A stretch of 51,209 bases of DNA from Octopus bimaculoides (Eukaryota). Numbering within the stretch: the first letter of the stretch is position 1; each line of letters opens with the position of its first letter. The notes beneath the pieces were generated by a model. The model saw only the letters and a program-made list of their open reading frames with translations, searched no databases and was not told the DNA's origin. Location: assembly GCF_001194135.2 (NCBI RefSeq), contig NC_068989.1, positions 6,248,704 to 6,299,912 of the forward strand, written 5' to 3'. Below are positions 49,422 to 51,209 of the stretch, piece by piece. The translations under genes were made by a program, and so were the position numbers.

Positions 49422-51013
49422 TAGCTCCAGTACTACAGGCACATGATTAAAATGTCACAGTAAAGGATTATAAGACAGATTCTTTTACCCTGGGGCTCAA
49501 GGCAAGAGACATTGGCACAAAACCAACAATTCAGTAATACTAATCCACAAAAATAAAAACAGCAATCCAACATGCCTCCATCATCAGCTGCCCCATGGAT
49601 ATCATTATGGTTTCGACACCTTATTTAAATAATGATCATATCAAGTAGGCAGCATGTAAATATATGTAATTGTGTACTATATGTGTATGTCCCATGATGA
49701 GGCAGAGTATATTTTTATACAGAGCCAGAAATCCGGATCTGAGATTATCCAATAACTTTTTGCTAGTTTATTTGTCTATTTGTTTTTTTGCCTTGTGCTT
49801 TATGAATAAATGATGTGGTTTTAGAATCAAGTTTTGACTGCTATCTCTAGCATGGTGGTATCGCTTAGATACCCTTAATTATAATTTTAATATATCATTT
49901 AATGGATACAATTACAAAAGTGCTACTAATAGTTTCATGTTTTGAGATACATTAAATTGACAGATTTATATAAGATGCTGTGTGTCTCCAAGCAACCAGC
50001 AACTTTTCAGAATCAGTTCATAATGTTAGATGTATTTAAAAAGTCGGATGTTGGTCGATGAGAAGACAGGAGAAGAAAATAATATGAAGAAGGTTGATGT
50101 AAAAATTGGAACAAGGAAAAGGAAAAGAAAAGTAAGAGAACCAGGGTCTTTGTCCTCTTTGACTGTAGAAACCATAATTAATGTAGCTGGTGCAGAATAA
50201 TGTAGCAGAAACGAGACCAAAGTCTGTAAAAATAGTTAGTGAATCCGAAGCGGATGATGTCCTCCAGTTCGACAAAAGAAGCTTATTCATTCATCATCCT
50301 TTTAATGTCCACATTTTCATGCTTGTCTGACTCAGATAGATCTTTATTGAAGTAGACTTTTCTGTGGCCAGTTGACCCCACCACTGTCACTAAACCTTAC
50401 CTGTCTCAAAAGCAAGGTAATATTTCTTCATGTCCAAACATGCTTTTGTAGAATACTGGAAATAAATGTCAATTCGTTTGCAACAATCTTGCAATGCAAA
50501 GAAGACAAGGAGACACAAAAACATATGCACGCTCAGTTTCCATCTACCAAATCCACTTACAAGGCCTTGGTTGGCTCGGGGCTATATTAGAAGACGTTTG
50601 GCCCAAGGTGTCATGCAGTGGGATTGAAACTCAAACCATGTGACTGGAAAGCAAGCTTCTTAACCACACAGCCATATCTGTGCCTAGCAGGAGGCACAGT
50701 GAAGTTGAATCCTTAAGCAGTTTGCTTCATAACCTCAAGTTCCTGGTTTTAATTACACTGCATGGAATCTTGGCTTAATGGAAACTGTATGGAAGCCTTG
50801 AGAATTACATTAAAGATACATGTGTCTTCGGAATACTCAGCCAGTTACATGGAAATTCAGGAACAGTTCATCCAACTGATTAAATAGCTTGACAACATAA
50901 TCCTCATCATCAGTTGACAAAGATCCACCATATAGTAACCTCTTCAAGTTTTCTATCTCTCTCATTGTCAGTTTTCTCTTTTCCTTTAATATTATACGTA
51001 TGTGCGTGCGTGT

Positions 51014-51073
<60 letters not shown>

Positions 51074-51209
51074 AACACACATGTATACATAAATACAAAC
51101 AACCGTGTCTGGATATGTGCCTCAGGGGGTAACTTTGTAGGTGCAATCCCATGGTCATTCATAACCAAAGTAGGGGTCTTTTTAATATATATATATACAC
51201 CTATATATA

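Noticed and set aside
50040-50290. Open frames on both strands and a CGGATGA-TGTC..GACA-AAAG hammerhead-like word
   Set aside because: There is no recognisable protein motif, and the ribozyme-like word deviates at both core blocks.
247-51158. Most ORFs in the supplied track (poly-[17 protein letters not shown]-runs)
   Set aside because: They are translations of di-, tri- and tetranucleotide microsatellites or N gaps, open on several frames and both strands.

Overview
Eukaryotic, AT-rich, mostly intronic DNA, dense in microsatellites and broken by many N gaps. The repeat repertoire (tRNA-headed SINEs, RTE-clade LINE debris with (GAT)n tails) looks like an octopus genome; this is inferred from recognising repeat families, not from a search. 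Nearly all ORFs in the supplied track are translations of microsatellites or gaps. The real content is: (1) a minus-strand multi-exon gene, with one clear EGF-like exon (47410-47523) and about a dozen candidate small exons of mixed reliability down to about 4966, including a possible 9-nt microexon; (2) dozens of SINE copies from at least four families (labelled A, B, C and E here) with interchangeable heads and tails, some nested and some with target-site duplications; (3) RTE LINE fragments; (4) an internally deleted Tc1/mariner element with long terminal inverted repeats (TIRs); (5) several fold-back elements. The most unusual signals are a near-perfect palindrome at 40022-40396, built from head-to-head tRNA B-box remnants, microsatellite spacers and tails carrying a degenerate hammerhead-ribozyme core, and a second unrelated degenerate hammerhead at 6622-6685. 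No intact tRNA, rRNA, CRISPR array or complete CDS is supported.
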